Shown: piece after piece, positions 58,150 to 64,000 of the stretch
How the letters are laid out: the number at the start of each line of letters is the position of its first letter
How positions within the stretch are numbered: the stretch's first letter is position 1
Assembly: GCA_964036045.1 (NCBI GenBank)
Contig: OZ038379.1
Span: 48,050,001-48,114,000, forward strand
DNA length: 64,000 nt
Source: Eutreptiella sp. 'Long Island Sound 2002'
Taxonomy: Eukaryota; Protista; Euglenida
Reading direction: 5' to 3'
The notes under the pieces: model-generated
Database searches by the model: none
What the model was told of the DNA's origin: nothing
Seen by the model: only the letters and a program-made list of their open reading frames with translations
Position numbers and translations under genes: made by a program

Positions 58150-60226
58150 GTGCGCCCTATCCCACAGCGGGGCCCCTTGCTATAGGTAGGGCAGGTCGTC
58201 ATGGTAGTCATGCCATTCAGCGTGCTGTGTTGTGCATTGGGTTGAGTACTCTGCGGGGTGGAATTTTCCCCAAGCACCGATGAGCACCCTCCAGTACCAT
58301 GGTATGTTGTCCAAGAACCATGACGAGCGCGGCACATGTCGTCGTCGAATGCGGGCACGGCACAATCTTCTACTCGTGCTTAGGGTATGTATGTCAGAGG
58401 AAGTCTCGACGGACAAGGCCACTTGGCAGGCAAGCATGGCTACCACCATGTGAATCCACCAGTGCCGCGGTTTGTGCCTGAGGTTCCTGCACATCATAGA
58501 CCACAGGATTGCATGTGTCAAGTATTTGCTGAGTGTGTTGGGGGATCTGATCCAGTGTGTCGCGTCACCTAGTGGCGTACCGAGTGATGGTTTTTTCCCG
58601 TGCGGTCCCTCTCGGCATCCCCATGCCGAATGCCTTGTGTTGTCCCTTGTGGGGACACCTTTGTGCCCCGTGTGCGGCCGTGTGTGTCGTGTGGCAATGT
58701 GCAAGGGATTCAGCCCGACGCGGCCCCCAGGTTATCAGCCGTCACGCGGTCGGCCTCCTCGGCCACCGCCATCTCCGCACCCAATTCTCGGCCCATTTCC
58801 ATCCTCCACCGATCTCCCATGTCTTCTTGGTTGTCCAGCATTTGTCCCTGCCTTTCTTGGAAAGCCCGTTTGGCTCCCATGAGGTCATCCTCCGTGCAGT
58901 TGGCCTCGAACGTAACTTCACCCAGCGTAGAGTCCAGCGTGACACCGTGGCTTATCAAAGCGCTCTCCTTTCGGCCATACGTGACATCGGTTCGCCCCAA
59001 TGTCTGGGATGCCCCTCGAGTCGAGACTGCGGTGAAGAGACCAAATAGCGCTGCATATTTGCGTACAGTGGCCTCGGAAAACCAGACGGCGCGATAATCA
59101 GCGCCTGCCCATCCAGAACCGGTTTCCTTGGTGCCCGTTGCCGGTCTTCCTCTGTCCCTGCCCCCCACACCCCAAATCTGACACGACGATCCGTCGTTAA
59201 CTTCTTAAGGACCAATCGGCTGTTCTGCCATAGCCCTCGCGCCACCTTTGAGACCTGATTCCCGTTGGCAAGTGTCACAATGCGCTGATACCGCATGTGT
59301 GGCACACCCGTTGGGAACACTTCTGTCAAGAAGGGCAGGCGAGGCAAGGGAACGTCATCGTCCAAGTCCTTGTCCATCGCCGCTGCCAGTTCTCCTGCCA
59401 AGTCTTCTGGAGACTTGATATCATGTATCCCTTCTTTTCATTTATTTGGTTTGGCTTGCAGGACGATGTACAAATGTTCATGGTCGGTGAGGTCGAGCCA
59501 CTGTACCTGAGTGTCTGGGTGTTCAAGGAAGGCTTGCATTGTGTCGTGGAGTAACTGAGGGATTTGGTATTCCCGCAAGTAACTTGTCTCATCAGGGGCG
59601 GCCATTCCCGTGGCGCCCGTCCATGGGAACATAGAGTTACGGCGGGCCAACGAGGATGCGTCATCCGTGGAGGAGGTCACGAACCGATAGATATGGCCTC
59701 TTTTCTCAACCGCATTGGGCAACAGCAACCGGTAAGTTCTAGGCAGGGCTTCCATATGTGGGTCGAACACATTTGCATTTTGCAACTACCCGATCGGGAG
59801 ATCTTGATAAGGGAGCCACTGAGCGGTGCTGCTCAACAGGCAGGCTACCATGCGTACGTCCCACATGGACACTCTAGCTACATCCAACTGCTCAAGAGAT
59901 GTGGTCCTCGCAACCTGAAAGTACCCGGTTTTGTCGATTATGGCGGCAACCATCTTGCGTCGCAACTTTCTCATGATCCCCCTTCCGTCCAATTGGAGCA
60001 TCACATGTGCTGGGCCGACTGGTCGAATTTTTGTTTCTAATATTACCAACAGATATCGCGCTTGTGACTCTTGTTGTGGCATCGGTTCCATAGCATCAAC
60101 GGTGGCCGACACTACGGTGGTTACATTTCCCGTCCACACTATCCGTTGCCCCTCATTTGCGAAAGGTTCCTCTTTTCGGGCTGTGTGTAGTGGCGCAGTC
60201 CACACTGTTGTGTCCCCACGGTTCAT
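58150..60226 (-). pseudogene. Upstream ORF1-like region of the LINE
   Basis: ORFs 59786-60226, 59438-59785 and 58955-59401 are in one frame across TAG and TGA; further shifted ORFs run to ~58150. Confidence 0.55.
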
Positions 60227-60829
60227 GCGGCTCAGTGCATCTACTGTGGGTGAGTCTGGTCGTGCCCTGTCCAGCGGTTGAAGTGTATTGGAAGGGTGGT
60301 TTTTTTTTTTTTGCTATTTGAGAGGAAAAGGCCGTCGGCACTCAAGTATAGGCTTGAAAGTAATTGTTGTTGACTAAAGAAGGTGGAAAGTCATGAAGAG
60401 AATCAAAATGGGGCGCAACGGTGTACGTCAAGGCTCCTACAGAGTGGATAGTGAAGCCGTGCGGTTTCACCAATAGAGCCGCCGCCGCCGCTGTGGCCGC
60501 CGTGGAAAGTGATCCTAGAGAAAGAGGTCTCCAATTTGTTGCACCAATCAGGTGCAATGTTGTTCAAAGCATCATTTCTAGGTGCAGTAGCATCTCTTGG
60601 CGGGCAACAAAGCGGCGGTCTTCACATTTCAACAAAACGATTTGCTCGTCCAGCATAATAGCGGTTCAATTGTGGGGATGCCGTAATGAAAATGCACGGT
60701 GGAATGCGCCTGAGCCACGGTTTCACTTAGGGAATTCAAGGGTACCTGATCCAAATGAACACGTAGGGCGGGATGCCCCGCATCAACACCGGGTGCCCAA
60801 CCCCCGATGAGACCACCCGCCGACAAATT

Positions 60830-63800
60830 TGGAACACCATCAGACGGACTGTACACCACGACATAGACCGGGACCAAGCGACATGGTTGGGCTAAGGATC
60901 CATCACTACCAGAGCGGGGTGCTGGCACAACACCCTACGACACAGGAAGTTGCGCACAGTGGCAACACCATACATCCTGTGAGGCGTACCCCATGGCATG
61001 CATGCCCCCTGTCAAGGACTCAGGCCCGGCGATCCGCCGTGTGGGCACCCCTACCCACACGCCCTATTCCAACCACTACCCCCGCAACCAGCCCTATTTC
61101 CAGGCATCTTCCTCAACACCATACCAGGCAACAAAGGAGTGTACCTCACGACAGGGGACACATTGCGGCAAGCCATTCCCCTCAGCCACATCCATAACAT
61201 GGCAATGGGGCCCCGAGTAACGGACACGAATAGGCCACGAGCGTCACTAGCAGGCCGGGGTGCAAACGACCAACGACCAACGGATCCCAAAGCCCCAGGA
61301 CCCGACAGGGCCATCCTACACCTCACGATGGAACCCACAGCCAAACTCCCGAACACCCTAGTCCGGTGGGCCCAAATTTCAGCCACCACAAACCGAGGGT
61401 GCTGGCCGTGGGTTGGCCCCCTGTTGGGGGTCACAAAACACGGGGCAGGCTTTTGCACCCCCCCCCCCCACACACAGGGTACCGCGACACCCCCCCCACA
61501 CGCACACCCAGGTCAGTCCCCCTCCCCTCCTTAAGCGGATGAGACAGCCCATTCTAGGGGTGGGATCCCTTAAGCGGACAAGACAACCCGATCTAGGGGA
61601 GGGCCCCCTTAGGTGGATGAAACAGCCCGATCTACGCGTGGACTCGCTTGGGTGGATGAAACAGCCCGATCTAGGGGTGGGTTCCCTTGGGTGGATGAAA
61701 CAGCCCGATGTAGGGGTGGGCTCCCTTAGGTGGATGCGACAGCCCAATCTAGAGGTGGGCTTCCTGAGGTGGATGAGACAGCCCGATCTAGGGGTGGGCT
61801 CCCTAGGGGCGTGGTGGGGGGCACGGCAAAGCGGTGCACGGCCCAATCATGGGTGGGCACCCAAGGTAGAAGGAGGGTACAATAGCCGTCCGACGACAAC
61901 CAACCCAGTACAAGCCCGGGGATACCTCATCCTCATCCTCAACCGAACACCCAGGCGGGGGAGAATTACTGCATTGTGGAAGGCCTCACACATGACGTCA
62001 TCACCGTGGTGGCCAACACCCTGGCGAACGTCACAGGGGCGTGGGATAAAAACATAGGACACCCCAACGAACGCAAGGACCAAGCCCAGGAAAACGAGGA
62101 CACCCTGACGCCAGACCTCATGGACCAACTGGTACAGCTCATGAGCCCGCTAGAACAACACAACACACAAGACACCCGACCGTGACCCTGACATATTACT
62201 AGCATACATGGTGGGTCACACAATGCAACCGCAGGGCCGCGGCAAAATGGGTGCAGTCGTTCACGCCTGAGTCGCGAACAGCGACCCCACTGGCATTCCG
62301 AGTCAGATTCAGACACTGCTTCCACCACAGCAACCACCCCCTGGCGCACTGGCTAGCACTCCTAACCCCCATGCATAGGGCGGTATGCACCCCCACCACC
62401 TACACCACACTACCACCCGCATGGCTCACATTGGTCTACAACATGGCGGCACACGTGCGGCGCCACGGAACGTCCCTGATAGAGCGATGGATGTCATGGC
62501 CCATAGATACGGAGCAAACCATGAGAAGGAGAACCAACAGCTTGCAAGCCCACGCCAAGAGAAAACGTAGTATGCACCGGCCCAGCAAAGGTCAAGGGCC
62601 GGCGTACAGCATCTTCGGCGAACGCAACGCCCCCAAACCGAGACCACCAAGGCGGGCACAAGCCAAACGGCAACTCCTGCCGGCGGCAGAGGCACAACGG
62701 CCCCGCCAACCAAAACCACCCAAACGGGTCCCCCAGGGGGCAGCCCCCAACCAAGGCCAAGCCAAAGCCCCAAACATGCCGGAAGTTCACACCACAGGAA
62801 AGAGACACCATGCACCTAGAATACGCTGACGGCGCACGAGTGCGGGGAGTATTCGGCCTCGGACGGAAAAACCAATCCAAACAGTGGGTCTGGTTTCGGG
62901 GCCACGTAAAGGCCCGACAATGCACACCAGGCGCATACACAGATCTGCAAATCCAGATGTAGTGGCAGGCTCTACCAGTGTGGGGAGTGACGGCAAAAAG
63001 GGAAAACTTCGAACTATGGGATGACAGAACATTCCCAGAATGCCCGCTACATCTTTGCATGCCAGAAAACTTGGTGGAGCCGGGCACCCTGTGGACGTGC
63101 CAGAACCGTGGCTCGAAGCCCCAGTCATCGCGGAGGAACAACGAACGGCGGCAGTGTTGAACCACGAGTGGTGCCTAGGCGAACGACTACTACCTAGGAA
63201 AACAACCAAAGAACGCGCAACCAATGCAACACATGACAATGAGGTCATCCGTGCGCTCATCACCTTGATGTCCCTGAATGAACCAGGCATCACTTGTGAA
63301 AAAACCAAGGCCCTTGACCTGCAAGACATACCCGTCATGGCAGCATGCAACCTGGATGCCATGCTCTGGCAGGTACAAGCTCTCAATACCCAGGCCATCA
63401 TCCCCGACCTCACGCCCCTCCTCACTAGATTACGCTATCAATACCACACTACATGGGTCAAAGGGGTACCCATCTCCCACCAACAAGAGGTGCAAGTCCA
63501 CATCTACCACAACAAACGGAACCATATCTCGGCCTCGCCATGGGACAAGCAGCGGCAGCATGCGGCCTCCGGGGAGAATGCCGCCAGGGACAGGACACAC
63601 CGAGCCGCCACCATCACTTACCATCCATGGTTAGCGCCATATGGCGGGACAAACTAGACCTCCACACCGCGGTGGAATCCCACGACCCACAGACGCGACG
63701 CAACGCCTAGGACATTGCGGCAACTCTAGACACCACCCAACAAAAGGAGAGGCTCGAACGCCGAGCGAAAGGAGTGGCACAAAGACAATAGCAGTATATC

Positions 63801-64000
63801 GCAATCCCCAACCACACAAATCCCTGAAACAGGTGGACAACGTGCTGAGAGACACAGGTCACCGTGGTATCAAAGCGGTACGCCTCCAAGACGGCTCCAT
63901 CTCCAACGACCCAGGCATTGTCATGGTGGAAGTGCTGCAAAGCTTTCGGCGCCAACAAAACACGGCGGACCGGAAACTGTCCAACTACACGAAGGAACTC
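60830..64000 (+). mobile_element. Decayed plus-strand non-LTR element running off the window end
   Basis: Terminal peptide GIKAVRLQDGSISNDPGIVMVEVLQSFRRQQN resembles the pre-RT linker of LINE ORF2; upstream ORFs are fragmented. Confidence 0.5.
61530..61802. repeat. 39-bp (13-aa) tandem repeat, 7 copies
   Basis: Unit CTTAGGTGGATGAAACAGCCCGATCTAGGGGTGGGCTCC; plus-frame peptide LGWMKQPDLGVGS. Confidence 0.93.

Larger units (their letters stand above)
52200..60230 (-). mobile_element. Non-LTR retrotransposon (ORF1 - 2A-like - APE - RT - RNase H - Cys finger), ingi/L1-like, decayed and interrupted
   Basis: Collinear domains on the minus strand; RT motifs 1-4 are missing where a TIR element sits. 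Confidence 0.85.

Noticed and set aside
2525-59788. UAG reassigned to Gln (variant genetic code)
   Set aside because: The host NB-ARC exons use CAG/CAA and contain no in-frame TAG. The transposon ORFs also carry TGA, TAA and frameshifts, which fits mutational decay.
1-64000. rRNA, tRNA, spliced-leader RNA genes or prokaryotic operons
   Set aside because: No recognisable conserved RNA gene sequence or operon-like gene density by eye; a covariance-model scan would be needed to exclude short RNAs.

Overview
This is eukaryotic, transposon-dominated genomic DNA with GT-AG spliceosomal introns and microsatellites, and no operons, rRNA or tRNA that I can recognise. A euglenozoan (euglenid-like) host is inferred from a VIPER/TATE-type tyrosine-recombinase element and an ingi/L1Tc-like LINE; this is not proven. 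One probable host gene is present: a minus-strand, six-exon STAND/NB-ARC NTPase (~8.05-19.3 kb, 5' and 3' ends unresolved) with a possible inactive caspase-like N-terminus. Its introns hold LINE relics and an ACCTAGT-palindrome element carrying an 85-bp satellite. The rest is nested mobile DNA. (1) A RAG1/Transib-like DDE transposase (29.6-31.4 kb) lies next to a GC-rich spliced ORF, and both are associated with CGTACGAAATT palindromes. (2) A 4-kb gag-YR-truncated RT element interrupts that spliced ORF between two AGCTAT hexamers; its Gag carries a ubiquitin-like domain and ends in UGA-CUA in frame with the recombinase. (3) A second, intron-containing Transib-like element (47-52 kb) has introns filled with GGTT(C/G)AACC motifs. 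(4) An APE-RT-RNase H LINE (52-60 kb) has a 2A-like motif and is interrupted by a TIR element. (5) There are further LINE and gypsy fragments and tandem repeats. Transposon ORFs are broken mostly by in-frame TAG codons, suggesting CAG>TAG decay. All domain calls are by-eye motif recognition; no searches were run.
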